From: Microcoleus sp. | Lineage (GTDB): Bacteria > Cyanobacteriota > Cyanobacteriia > Cyanobacteriales > Microcoleaceae | Length of the DNA stretch: 64,000 nucleotides | Direction of reading: 5' to 3' | Assembly (NCBI GenBank): GCA_042408215.1 | Contig: JAYFMW010000013.1 | Coordinates: forward strand, 24,082-88,081 | In this document: positions 53,558 to 64,000 of the stretch, piece after piece | How the letters are laid out: every line of letters begins with the position of its first letter | How positions within the stretch are numbered: position 1 is the first letter of the stretch | Notes under the pieces: model-generated | What the model was told of the DNA's origin: nothing | The model's input: only the letters and a program-made list of their open reading frames with translations | Databases searched by the model: none | Position numbers and translations under genes: made by a program

Positions 53558-55026
53558 GTGACTAAAACCAAAAAAGCAATGGGAGTTCAGCAAGTATTGC
53601 TGTCGCCCAATCAGGAACTTAAAGCGTTGTTGGAGTATCTCTGTCAACAATCAGGCAAGCTATATAACAGTGGTGTTTATTTGGCTCGTCAGACTTTTTT
53701 TCAAACCGGAAAAATGTTGACTGGAAAGTTTGACTTGTCCTTTGAACCATCAATTTCAAAGTCAATGGTTGCTAAGTCCTTGCCATCCACACCAATGCAG
53801 CAAACATTGATGTCAGTCACAGAAGCTTTTAAATCTTTCAAAGAATTAAGAGATTTGTATCTCAAAGGTCAATTGCATTTTAAACCCAAGCCGCCGGGAT
53901 ACCTGAAAGGGTCTAAGTTGTTCAAAGTAGCTTATCCTAATTCTGGAGGTTTAAGGCCTAAACTTATCGGCAATCAGTTGAGATTCTCGTTGGGATTGAC
54001 GGTAAAGCGATGGTTTGGAGTTGACGAATTCTTTCTGCCTATGTCGTCAATCGATTTGAGATTTTAGATTTGAGATTTGAGATTTACCCCACGTATAAAT
54101 GCGGGGGCTTGAGGATTTTAGATTTGGGATTTTGGATTGATTCCACGGATAAATCCGGGGGCTTGTACCACCTTTGAAATTATTGGTCAAATCTGGATTT
54201 TTAGAGAGTGAAATAGTTGACGATTCTCCCTAAGAATGGAGTTTTTTACCTTGAGATATCCTAGGAGGTTGAAAAAGAACAACATAATCTGGATCTTGGC
54301 CAAGCATTATCAATTGACTTGGGGACTGCTGACAATTTAGCAGCTTGTGTCGATACACTAGGAAACTCCTTCTTAATTGATGCTCGTGCCATGAAAGCGA
54401 TGAATCAATTGTGGAATAAAAAAGTCGCAACCAGAAAAGAAGGAAAGCCTGAAGGCTATTGGGATAACTGGCTAGACCGCGTAACTCGCAAACGCAATCA
54501 CCAAATGCGTGATGGCATCAATAAGGCTGCGAAGTTGATTGTCAGCCATTGCTTGAAATACAGCGTCGGGAATATTATTTGTGGTGGGAATCAAGGTTTC
54601 AAATCCCATGTCAATATGGGCAAAAAGAACAATCAAAAGTTTGTTCAAATGCCTTTGGGAAAGCTGAAAGACCGATTAAATCAACTGTGTGACTTGCACG
54701 GTATTAAGTTTACAGAAACCGAAGAAGCGTATAGGTCCAAAGCTAGTTTTTTAGATGGAGACTCCCTGCCCAAATATGGTGAAAAACCGGAAGGGTGGAA
54801 AGCATCTGGAAAGCGAATTAAGCGTGGATTGTATCGGTCTGTCGATGGAACAGTGATGAATGCAGACTTAAATGGTTCCGCCAATATCCTGAGAAAAGTA
54901 GCCAGTAAGTTGGGTGTAAACCTTGACCGACTGGGTAGACGGTGCTTGACGACCGTAGCGAGAGTTAGAATTTGGATGTTACCCAAATCCGCTCTGTCCG
55001 CAGAATCTCAGTGGCTTCAGCCCTGA
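53558..55026 (+). pseudogene. tnpB: TnpB pseudogene (140-bp insertion plus three in-frame TAG codons)
   Basis: N-part 53558-54050; after the insert the frame reads NLDF*RVK*LTILPKNG..S*..SIDLG..NADLNGSANI. Confidence 0.9.
54051..54190. mobile_element. 140-bp heptamer/palindrome insertion inside tnpB
   Basis: GTCAA occurs immediately before and at the end of the insert; removal restores ATG TCG TCA AAT CTG GAT. Confidence 0.85.
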
Positions 55027-55449
55027 GAGTGTCAAACCCTTCTCGATAGCCACCCATGCGATCGCCCGATCGCAAAATTGACTCGGCATTATCGAGAACC
55101 AAAAGACAGCGATCGGCTCGTAAATATCCAACTAGCTGCGAGATTCTGCCGTCTACAGTATCCGAAAAAACGGTTTCCTTGTGTTTCGAGAGAATTGAAT
55201 CAAATCTGCTAGAAGGTCGAGGATGGGTGGAGCGTTGCGGAGACTTCGCCAGATAACATAATCAAAATGCTCCTGAATATGTTTCAGTATCTTGACAGAA
55301 ATCGCCGTTTTGCCGATGCCGCCCATACCCAACACCATCACTAGACGGCTGCGATCGCGCACGAGCCACTGTTCTAACAGAGATGGTACTTAGCTAGCAA
55401 TTAAATAGACAAAGTAGTACACTTATTGACAAATCCCTAGGTGTAAGCA

Positions 55450-55789
55450 CTGTTTAAACCTCACGAGTTTGCAGGAAAACTTGGACTTTCAGTAAAAACC
55501 CTTCAGCGCTGGGACGCTACTGGGAAGTTACCCGCCAAACACACCTTGTCAGGTCATCGCTTTTATACAGAGGATGACCTTTTAATAGCTAACGGACTTA
55601 AACCCATAGAAGTCATTCTCCCCTCAACAGGAATTAGTGGCAGATTTAATGGCTATAATTCACTGCTTCTCCTGTCGCCTATATGGACTGCGAAATTACT
55701 CCAAGGAAATCAAAGAGAACTTAAACAACGCTATTGACAGACCTCAACAAAATCTGTCAGAATTAGACGATCAAGAAATACAGTGTTGA
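55450..55789 (+). pseudogene. tnpA: IS607 serine transposase remnant lacking the catalytic core
   Basis: FKPHEFAGKLGLSVKTLQRWD..GHRFYT joined out of frame to SPQQELVADLMAIIHCFSCRLYGLR. Confidence 0.85.
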
Positions 55790-55798
55790 GGTCGAACA

Positions 55799-56876
55799 AT
55801 GCTTCTCTCCATCAAAACAAAGCTCAAACTAAATAAAAGTCAAGCAATTATAATGAGTAAGCACGCTGGAATAGCTCGCTTTACTTATAACTGGGGCTTG
55901 GCTACTTGGGGAGAGCTTTATCAAGATGGATTAAAGCCTAATAAGTACCTTCTGAAGAAATTCTTCAACAACCATGTAAAGCCTGAGTTTACATGGATAA
56001 AGGAGAAAGGAATCTGCCAGAAGATAACTCAATACGCATTCGACAACTTAGGTGACGCCTTTTCGAGATTTTTTACCGGAAAGGGCGGCTCTCCTAGATT
56101 TAAGAAGAAAGGGCATCATGATTCTTTCACTATTGATGCGGGCGGGGCAACCTATCCCAGTTGGAGGGATATCAGTTAAATTACCGACAATCGGCTGGGT
56201 AAAAACCTACGAGGGATTGCCTCACACGACTTGTAAGTCAATCACTATCTCGCGTACTGCTGACAGTTGGTTTATGGCTTTTGCCTACGAGCAAGAATAT
56301 GAACCAACAATTAAAGAACACCCTGTAGTGGGGGTAGATTTAGGCATCAAAGAATTAGCCACGCTTTCTACTGGCGTAGTGTTTCCCAACCCAAGGCACT
56401 ATAAGACACATCTCGCAAAACTTAAGAGATTGTCAAAGGAGTTGTCGAGAAAGACCAAAGGTTCCAACAATAGGCATCAAGCCAAAATCCAGCTAGCAAA
56501 ACATCACGCAAAGGTAGCAAATCTCAGGAAGAATACTCTTCATCAAATCACTACTTACTTATGCAAAAACCACGCAAGGATAGTAGTAGAAGATTTAAAA
56601 ATTTCTGGGATGTTGGCTAATCACAAACTAGCTCAAGTTATAGCTGATTGTGGATTCCATGAATTCAAGCGTCAACTAGAATATAAAGCTAAAAAGTTTG
56701 ACTGTGAAATAATTGTTGCGACGCGTTGGTTCCCGTCAAGCAAAACCTGTTCAAATTGTGGGCATATTCAAGATATGCCACTAAAAGAAAGAACTTACAA
56801 CTGTGGAAGTTGCGGTCATTCGATGGACAGAGATCTGAATGCCGCAATTAATTTATCGCGCTTGGCTAAAACGTGA
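55799..56876 (+). pseudogene. tnpB: IS607-associated TnpB with a single frameshift near 56140
   Basis: HAGIARFTYNWGL, VGVDLGIK, VVEDL, SSKTCSNC..CGSC and DRDLNAAINL. Frame change at GCGGGCGGGGCAACC. Confidence 0.9.
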
Positions 56877-57391
56877 AAGCTTACTGAGGGATAACCGCTC
56901 CCATGCTCCCGTTGAAGTAAGAAATAAATGTCTAGACTTGTCTAGTATTTGTATAGCAGCTAGTTCTTCTGCACATCCATAGAAATCACAGACATCGATC
57001 GCCTCTCCCCAATCTTGACATCTATTGGCAGTCGATCCTTTAACAGTTACCCAGTGAGTAGTAGTGTCACTTCGATCGGATTGAGTATTTCTATTGTCAT
57101 TAGACGTACTGTTTGATGGTGCTACTACTTGCACCTGCTGTGCCTTTCACCGCAGGACTGACTGAACGTTACTTTTTGTTACCTTTTCCCCAAATACTCC
57201 ACTGAGGAGTTGCCATAACTGGAAGCCAACGAGTTTGATGTACTCTGCATTGTAACCAGCCGTCTTGGCAATTTCTGGATAAGAGCGTCTTTCCCAAGAC
57301 TGCCGCAATACTAGCTCTTGAATATCGTTGAGGTGTTCTGGTTGAAGAACAGAGTCTAAAAAAAGGGTGGCTTCGTTAACTGTCATCTATA

Positions 57392-58440
57392 GAACCCATT
57401 TGACATCTTTTAGACCGCAAGCCTTTTAACCATCAACCTAATAAAACAAAGATTCATCTTGGCAGTTGCATTAGCTAAAGTTCTCTCGAAGTTCTTAACG
57501 AGTATTTTGCATCTTTCCATCCAACTATTTGACCGTTCAATCACCCACCTTGCCCTAACCGGAACAAATCCCGATTTTTCCTCGGCTTCTTTTTGTGGTT
57601 TTGAAGGTTTTTCTGAAAGTTCAAACTTAATTTTGGTCAGAATTTGTGGAGAAATTTTCTTGAACTCAATAGTCAGACGTTCAGGGTGATAACCGTCGCC
57701 CGTGCAAAATAGTGATTTGGGGAATATTAACAGGTTTAGACTTGAAATAATCGATGTTTTTACTCAACATTTCAATCAAACCCGCATCATCTGATACATT
57801 GGCTTTTGTACAATGAGTAAAGAAGGGAAAACCAAGCGTGTCAACAGCTAGATGCCTTTTAATACCATTGGTAGATTTATAAAAACAATACCCTTTCGAT
57901 GCAATACTGGCATTACACGTATTTTTCACGGCTTGTGAGTCAATAATGATTAACGTAGTCCACTTCGGTTTTTTTTAACCTGCGATCGTACTTGACAATG
58001 TAAGACTTCCATCAATTTTTCAATCCCTCCTTGCGAGCGCCACTGTTTGTAATACCAGTATACAGTTGAGTAGGGAGGTAAATCTTTTGGTAGATCGGCC
58101 CAATTGCAACCATTCTTGAGTTGGTAGAAGATACCATTTAAAATTTCCCTGGGAGTCCAGTTAGGTGGGCGAGTTATCTTTTTTTGGGGCAATATTTGAT
58201 AGAGTAAGGGTGACAAAAATTCCCATTCGGCATCTGTGAGATTAGTAGAATAAGGCATCATCTGAATCTGAGTATTTTGATGGTAATTTTACCTCAATTC
58301 TGCTGGGGGGGAACCTACAACCCGAGAGCCCGGTGTGATTCGATCGCCTGCTGCGACTCGATCGCCCGCCTCTGGCTCGATCGCCCACACCGACTCGATC
58401 TCCTTGTGCGGGCGATCGTTAAAAGATGTCAAATGGGTTC
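57392..58440 (-). mobile_element. IS5-family insertion sequence
   Basis: TIR GAACCCATTTGACATCTTTT / AAAAGATGTCAAATGGGTTC flanked by TATA on both sides (TA or TATA TSD). Confidence 0.92.
57410..58261 (-). pseudogene. IS5-family transposase (A8 slippery site plus an additional frameshift)
   Basis: YSTNLTDAEW..LPKDLPPYSTVY; IIIDSQAVK..KRHLAVD; RWVIERSNSW. Extra frame break near 57700. Confidence 0.88.
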
Positions 58441-59319
58441 TATAAAATATTTATAAAGAACAGGATTGTTGGGAGAAAGCGTTACTAAATTATCCGCTGC
58501 ATACCGCCTCAACGCAGCATCAGTTGCAGAAACAATCAGCCTTTCCTCTCTTAAGCGATCGCCAGCGAATGACCCGGAGGAATTTTTCTTAAACTATAAG
58601 TCGCCGGCCGGCAAATTGCCGAGGGAATCAGTTGATTCTAAAATGCCTGCAACTGTACCAACAGCAACGGTATTTCCCGGCTCGATTTTCTCCAAACTCT
58701 CAGCAATTGATAATCGTAAAGTTTTACGCTACAGTTTTTTCAAGCCTATCAAAATAGCGATTAGCGTGCGGGATTCAAGGTATCGCTATCGTTTTACGCG
58801 TGTATGCTGCATTCTTCGCGAGCGGGCTCTCCACAAACCGAGGATGCCTCTTTTTGAGCGATCGCTCCCGGGTCGAAAATTCGCTCTAGTTGAGAGTCAG
58901 GTTGCTGACACCGCCGCCACTGCTGGATTTGCCCGAAGTGGGTAGGGTGTCCGAGCAGTGAATGACTTTCCAAGCGGTGCTGCCGAGCAAGAGGAAACGG
59001 GCGCTTAGGAAGCTTGGAGTGGATTCGTTAATTTAAGTATTTTCCTGCCTGATTTAAGTATTTTCCCGCATGAAAACCGTTACTTTTATAAAGACTTAAC
59101 ATAAGTCAAACAACTCTCAGTAAATATACAGAAATTTCTTCTGAGTTGCAGCAGCAAAAACTATAAAGTTCAGTATTGTAACTAATATATTTATAATCTA
59201 GTCTAGCCGATAATAAGGATGAGCAACAAGTTAAGCGCAGTCGTAGGAGTAAGCGTAAGTAAAGATTCCTCGAATTTGCTCAACGCCAAATCAATCAATT
59301 AAAAATCAAGGGTGCAGCC

Positions 59320-59523
59320 ATGACTTTAACAAAGCCATTTCGATTGCGTTTTCCCCAAAAAAGTAGCAAAAGCACAAATTTTGCAACCCCTACCTTGACT
59401 GTTAATCCTACAACAGACAGTTTGAGAGCTCGAACATCAAGCAAAACAATCAATAATAATAGTCCTGGACGCATAGACTCTACTTGTATGATGCGCCGCT
59501 CCCCGCCTTACCACTACAGATAG
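59320..59523 (+). CDS. Candidate leader peptide (uORF) ending ...CMMRRSPPYHYR
   Basis: ATG preceded by AAGGGTG; RSPP resembles RAPP-class arrest motifs; lies upstream of the giant gene on the same strand. Confidence 0.4.
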   Translation: MTLTKPFRLRFPQKSSKSTNFATPTLTVNPTTDSLRARTSSKTINNNSPGRIDSTCMMRRSPPYHYR

Positions 59524-59539
59524 TGTCAAAATTGACCCG

Positions 59540-59602
59540 TTGAATCGAGGACTGAATAAATTGAGCCGAGGACTGAATAAATTGAGTCTAGGACTCAATA
59601 AA
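59540..59602. repeat. Three 21-bp direct repeats
   Basis: TTGA(ATCG/GCCG/GTCT)AGGACT(G/C)AATAAA at 59540, 59561 and 59582. Confidence 0.85.
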
Positions 59603-59798
59603 TAGCGAAAGCGAGTAACAATAGCTTCGCGGGCTACAGTCGTTTAAGGAGTACGGAAGAGCCTTATAACTCCATTCAAACAGGCGACTCGACCAAAGCG
59701 GGTAACATAATTGCAACTCGCATCTCCTCAAAAAGATAAGTGACGCATCCAAGCTTACCAAAACTATTATTTAACCCTCAAATCAGGAGTGCAAGCGA

Positions 59799-62700
59799 GT
59801 GCCTTTAACAGACCCGATTGGAGAACCTTTAATAGAAAAACAGGAATCCTTAATTCCCGGACTTGCCCCGACAAAGCCCCCTCTGCTGCCGGGAATTCAA
59901 ACCTCAAAACCTTTATTATATCAAGCTTCGGCAGAATCATCCGAATCCGAACAACTTAACTTAAACTTAATAGAACCAGCAAGCGAACCCGCATCCGAAT
60001 TCAGTCGAACAGAAACTGATGCTTTTATTATTAATAAAGCCTCCGATCTGAACAGCATATCTTCTGCCAACACCAGCCCTCTGATAACTAACAGCACTCT
60101 CAGGGATACCACAAATTCTGAAGTTGACCCCCTAATTGGTAAACTCGACTCCGACTTAGCAGACCCCCTAACCAACCCAAATCGAATTGCCTCAAATAAC
60201 GATACTTCTGATTTTAATAAACCCGCTCTAAACGCACCTGCAATCGACTCCTCAATCAGCAACTCAGAATTCAATAAAACCACAGCAACTACAACCGCTG
60301 CGAGGGATGAATTACCTGCTGAAAACTCAACACAATTACCCGCAGCCGCAGTTGCCAAATCCGACCAAGAAAACAGCCCAAAATTACCGGATGTAACTGC
60401 CTACACAACGAGCGAAAAAGCTTCGGACAAAACGCCATTACCCGCTACCGCTGAAACGACTTCAAAACCCGAAGAACACCAAACGTCCTTATCATCAGGG
60501 ACTACACTCTTCTTCGAGTCATCACCAAACAAAATATCACCTGCAACTGCATCAACGTCTGACAATTCAGGAGCAAATACAACATCACCCGCAACTGCGT
60601 CAGCCGCTGAAAACCCTGAACTAGATCGAACATCACCCGTAACTACATCAACGACCGATCGATCAGAACCAGATCGAACATCACCCGTAACTACATCAAC
60701 GACTGATAAATCAGAACCAGATCGAACATCACCTCCAACTGCATCAGCCGCTGAAAACTCAGAACCAGATCGAACATCACCTGCAACTGTATCAACGATT
60801 GACAAATCAGAACCAAATCAAACATCACCTGCAACTGTATCAACGACTGATAAATCAGAATCCAACAAAACCTCAGTTGCGACTGCATCAACTCCTGACA
60901 AATCAGAACCCAACAAAACCTCACCTACCGAAATCTCCACCACCAAAAACTTAGATACAGCCACTAATCTAGAACCCAATAAAACCTCAACCCCAGAACC
61001 AGATCGAACCTCAACTCCCCCAACCAACATCAACTTTGACTCAAACGCATTCACTGTCGATGAAAAAGGAATAATCGGCATACAATTCACATCCGACGGC
61101 GGCTGGTATAGCGGACAACTAGCCATCGTCAGCCTACTCGGAATGGAAAAATTCGTTCCCGGTTCCCTTGCCTTCATCTTTGAAGCAGCAAGTCGAGCTT
61201 TAAGCAACTCGACAAAGGGCTACATCGCAATTTCTGACGATTTAGAAGGAGCATATTACACCGATCCTAACTGCTCAGAAAACCTCAATTCCGGGCAATA
61301 CCTCGGCACAAAAACATTTGCCATGACGCCTGGGGACAAATTCTTCTTCATGCTAGTACCCAACGACACCGTACAACAAGTATACGACAACCCCGCAATC
61401 GGCGGCGACAAAAAACCCCTATTTTCAATAGCTACAGACAATCCCAGCGACAGCTTCAGTATCGGTCAAATTGCCGACATTACAGGAGAAGGCAAACTCT
61501 TTGTCATGGAAGACATGGGGCTGATTCAAGGAAGCGATATCGATTACGATGATATCACATTCCGTGTCACGGGCGCTACATCCAAAATCGTTCCCCTCAG
61601 TCAATTAGTTGACCCCTTCTCAGCATCAATTCACTCCCAGTTAGTTCAAAAACTGAAGGGTGAATCGGATAAATCCGAGCCGAAGTTTACCGCAGAATCA
61701 ACTGTTACCAATTCCGGCGATAAATCCCAGGGAGAAACACCATCGATAACTGCTGATAACGACCAACAAAAACCTCAGCCAACAGCAGCAACAGTTGCTA
61801 ACTCAGACAGCCAAGAATCGCCACCAACAGCAGCAACAGTTGCTAACTCAGACAGCCAAGAATCGCCACCAACAGAAACATCAACAGTTGGCAAATCCGA
61901 TACTGAAGAATCGCAACCAACAGAAACATCAACAGTTGGCAAATCTGATACTCAAGAATTGCAACCAACAGAAACATCAACATTTGGCAAATCTGATACT
62001 GAAGAAGCGCAACCAACAGCAACATCAACATTTGGAAAATCAGACAGCCAAGAATCACCACCAACAGAAACATCAACAGTTGGCAAATCAGATAGTCAAG
62101 AATCGCAACAAATAGAACAAACAGCCTCTCCCCTAGAGACACCAAGTGTTAGCCCTAATGAATTAAATTCGGAAATAGAACGGCCAGTATCAGCAGAATC
62201 AATTGTCAGCGAGTCAGCAGATGCTGAATTAATTAAAACCGACACAACTGCAACTAATCGCATTCCTAAATTGCCGGCTCAAGCCGACTATGCTGTAAAT
62301 AATGCTGCTTCCCCACCAACCGCTGAAACTCTGCTAATTCCCACTCCCATCGCGTCACAGCCTCCTGCAAAAACATCTGAGATTGCCGATAATTTTGGCG
62401 AAGAATTGCCAAGAGAAACCGATGACAATCTTTCTAATGCTGCGTCACAATTGCCGACAAAAATTTCTGAGGTTATTCCCGCAGAAAAGGCTGTTGGCAC
62501 CCAGGAAAATGACCGAGATGTTACCGAAGCCGCAGCCGAATTTGAAACCGAACAATTTCCCACAACAACCGCTGAGATTATTGCTACAGAAAACGTTGCC
62601 GATTTAATTGAATATGACACCACCTTCCCTGAAATAACAGCCGAATTTGAAACCAAACAATTGGTGACAAAAACCGAGTCAATTGTTGCCACACCCGAAG

Positions 62701-64000
62701 CGGATGATACGGTTGAACGCGAACTCCCTGTTGCTGAAATAACAGACGAATTTGCCAGCCAACAATTGCTACCAAAAACAGACGATTTCGCTCTTGCAGA
62801 ATTCACTGCGGATACAATTGCTACGGACATCGCTGTCACCTTCACAGCAGCAGAATTAGAGACTGAAAACTCCCCGGCAATTGTCGTTAATTCTCTCGAA
62901 CCCGACCCGCTAATTTCCAACTCAAACTCTAGCGTACAAACCGATTTTTCTATACAGACACTTTTCTCAACTCCATCAGAAACAGCAGCAGGTACGGCAC
63001 TGATAGCCTCAGTCGAAACCAGCGTTTCACCCTCAACTCTTAAATCCCCACCCTCACCAAATTCAAACACTTATAATAGCAATTCAACTCCCACAGAAAC
63101 TACCGTCGCCCAGCCCACATATTCTGCTACCGAAATTGCGCCAAAACCCGCAGATGTATCGAGCGGTTGGCAGCCGTTAGAGGTAGAAGAACCTGCTCAA
63201 TTTTCGGACGATATTGCAAACAGTCAATCTTCTTCAACACAGGGTGCAGGCAACTTCCAAAGCAATATCAATCCCCCAAGAAATTTATCAATAACAACAA
63301 CAGCCAATTTACCAATCCCCGGTACTTTCCTTGTAGATAACCAAGGAAAAGTCAGATTTGACTATGTATTTGACGGCGGCTCCTTTGAAGGCGAACTCGG
63401 AATTTTCAGCCTAGCCGGAATGGAAGCATTTACACCAGGAACTCCAGAATTCATTGCCGAAGCATTCCGTAGAGTTTTAAGCAATTCCACCGACGGACAC
63501 ATTGTAATTAGCGACTCTACAGAATCCGCAAAATTCACCGGTGCGATGCCCTTCGATGGGGACTGGGACAGCGGCGAATATCAGGGTATAAAAACTTTCA
63601 ATATGACCCCAGGCGACACCTTTGCCGTCATGTTAGTCCCCAATGCTACAGTACAGTCATCCCTCCAATCCTCATATTCGGGAAATTGGTTCCCCGAAAA
63701 CCGCCCCTTATTCAGTATCTCCACAGCCAATCCCAACGATACATCTTACGTGTTGCCGATCGCCGACACAACCGGAACGGGGAACACTTTTGCGATGGAA
63801 GATATGTCAGCCGCTAACTCTGACAGCGACTACAATGACCTAATCTTCACGGTAATTGGGGCCACCGGGAACGCACCGCCGCTTTCATCCGTCATCAATC
63901 CTGCAAAAGAATGGCGCAATACTCCGCTAGGACAGGAACTGATAGAATACGCCAATAGTTTGATTCCACCTTCATTACCGAACGATGATATTATCAGATT
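59799..64000 (+). CDS. Giant Ser/Thr/Glu/Pro-rich surface protein with two DUF4114-like domains (5' part; runs off the right edge)
   Basis: AGGAG then GTG CCT TTA ACA GAC (MPLTDPIGE). Same frame holds at the points checked. Two homologous domains (~61040-61580 and ~63320-63870) ending MED..SD.DY(D/N)D.(T/I)F.V.GAT. 16-aa tandem repeats. Confidence 0.85.
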   Translation, partial: MPLTDPIGEPLIEKQESLIPGLAPTKPPLLPGIQTSKPLLYQASAESSESEQLNLNLIEPASEPASEFSRTETDAFIINKASDLNSISSANTSPLITNSTLRDTTNSEVDPLIGKLDSDLADPLTNPNRIASNNDTSDFNKPALNAPAIDSSISNSEFNKTTATTTAARDELPAENSTQLPAAAVAKSDQENSPKLPDVTAYTTSEKASDKTPLPATAETTSKPEEHQTSLSSGTTLFFESSPNKISPATASTSDNSGANTTSPATASAAENPELDRTSPVTTSTTDRSEPDRTSPVTTSTTDKSEPDRTSPPTASAAENSEPDRTSPATVSTIDKSEPNQTSPATVSTTDKSESNKTSVATASTPDKSEPNKTSPTEISTTKNLDTATNLEPNKTSTPEPDRTSTPPTNINFDSNAFTVDEKGIIGIQFTSDGGWYSGQLAIVSLLGMEKFVPGSLAFIFEAASRALSNSTKGYIAISDDLEGAYYTDPNCSENLNSGQYLGTKTFAMTPGDKFFFMLVPNDTVQQVYDNPAIGGDKKPLFSIATDNPSDSFSIGQIADITGEGKLFVMEDMGLIQGSDIDYDDITFRVTGATSKIVPLSQLVDPFSASIHSQLVQKLKGESDKSEPKFTAESTVTNSGDKSQGETPSITADNDQQKPQPTAATVANSDSQESPPTAATVANSDSQESPPTETSTVGKSDTEESQPTETSTVGKSDTQELQPTETSTFGKSDTEEAQPTATSTFGKSDSQESPPTETSTVGKSDSQESQQIEQTASPLETPSVSPNELNSEIERPVSAESIVSESADAELIKTDTTATNRIPKLPAQADYAVNNAASPPTAETLLIPTPIASQPPAKTSEIADNFGEELPRETDDNLSNAASQLPTKISEVIPAEKAVGTQENDRDVTEAAAEFETEQFPTTTAEIIATENVADLIEYDTTFPEITAEFETKQLVTKTESIVATPEADDTVERELPVAEITDEFASQQLLPKTDDFALAEFTADTIATDIAVTFTAAELETENSPAIVVNSLEPDPLISNSNSSVQTDFSIQTLFSTPSETAAGTALIASVETSVSPSTLKSPPSPNSNTYNSNSTPTETTVAQPTYSATEIAPKPADVSSGWQPLEVEEPAQFSDDIANSQSSSTQGAGNFQSNINPPRNLSITTTANLPIPGTFLVDNQGKVRFDYVFDGGSFEGELGIFSLAGMEAFTPGTPEFIAEAFRRVLSNSTDGHIVISDSTESAKFTGAMPFDGDWDSGEYQGIKTFNMTPGDTFAVMLVPNATVQSSLQSSYSGNWFPENRPLFSISTANPNDTSYVLPIADTTGTGNTFAMEDMSAANSDSDYNDLIFTVIGATGNAPPLSSVINPAKEWRNTPLGQELIEYANSLIPPSLPNDDIIR

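Larger units (their letters stand above)
52980..55035 (+). mobile_element. IS200/IS605-family element with degraded tnpB
   Basis: Removing it restores the host frame CGA GAA GGG TAT GAG GGT (REGYEG) with no TSD. Target tetranucleotide TCAT; right end GAATCTCAG..CTGAGAGTGTCAA. Confidence 0.92.
55383..56957 (+). mobile_element. IS607-family element (non-autonomous)
   Basis: MerR-HTH/serine-recombinase remnant plus tnpB. AG dinucleotide at both junctions; removal restores GAA CTA GCT CTG TTA GAA CAG TGG (ELALLEQW). Confidence 0.88.
51838..57386 (-). pseudogene. NB-ARC (STAND) ATPase / WD40 protein, split by two IS insertions, with several stops and a truncated WD40 array
   Basis: Fragments: N-terminal HTH (57386-57147), DWGEAIDV..FYG (~57020-56960), GMGGIGKT/VIWRSLRNAP (55380-55036), GYEGYG..LTSREKP..GNPLALK (52979-52540), and pentapeptide plus first WD repeat (52530-51855). 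Confidence 0.9.

Noticed and set aside
58466..58945. 159-aa ORF
   Set aside because: No recognisable motif, TTG start, and no support beyond length
59921..63843. Minus-strand and alternative-frame ORFs
   Set aside because: Shadows of the giant plus-strand CDS
1..64000. tRNA, rRNA or known riboswitches
   Set aside because: None recognised by eye; a covariance-model (Rfam) search, especially of 58440-59800, would be needed to exclude them

Overview
Chromosomal window from a filamentous cyanobacterium. It looks like Oscillatoriales (Microcoleus-like), judged from dense HIP1 GCGATCGC sites, ycf3 and heptamer STRR tracts. Core genes are ppc, ppa, a CyaB-type adenylate cyclase, recN, ruvB, gatC, ycf3, a SpoIID/LytB protein, rnz and secA. 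Between them lies a rich layer of tiny, nested mobile repeats: GTAG-type REP hairpins, several MITE families with readable target-site duplications, and 8-24 nt micro-insertions. Other blocks are: a Uma2/accessory-gene patch (7.6-10.8 kb); an apparently intact IS200/IS605 between two paralogous Ser/Thr kinases; a Wzm/Wzt glycan-export cluster with a 1786-aa sulfotransferase/coiled-coil/GT2/GT2/GT4 protein; an NB-ARC/WD40 gene destroyed by three different IS elements (51.8-58.4 kb); and the 5' part of a giant repeat-rich DUF4114-type protein preceded by a small ORF ending in RSPP. Two long CDSs run off the window edges and are absent from the supplied ORF track (1-2483 minus, 59799-64000 plus). 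Family assignments come from motif recognition, not database searches.
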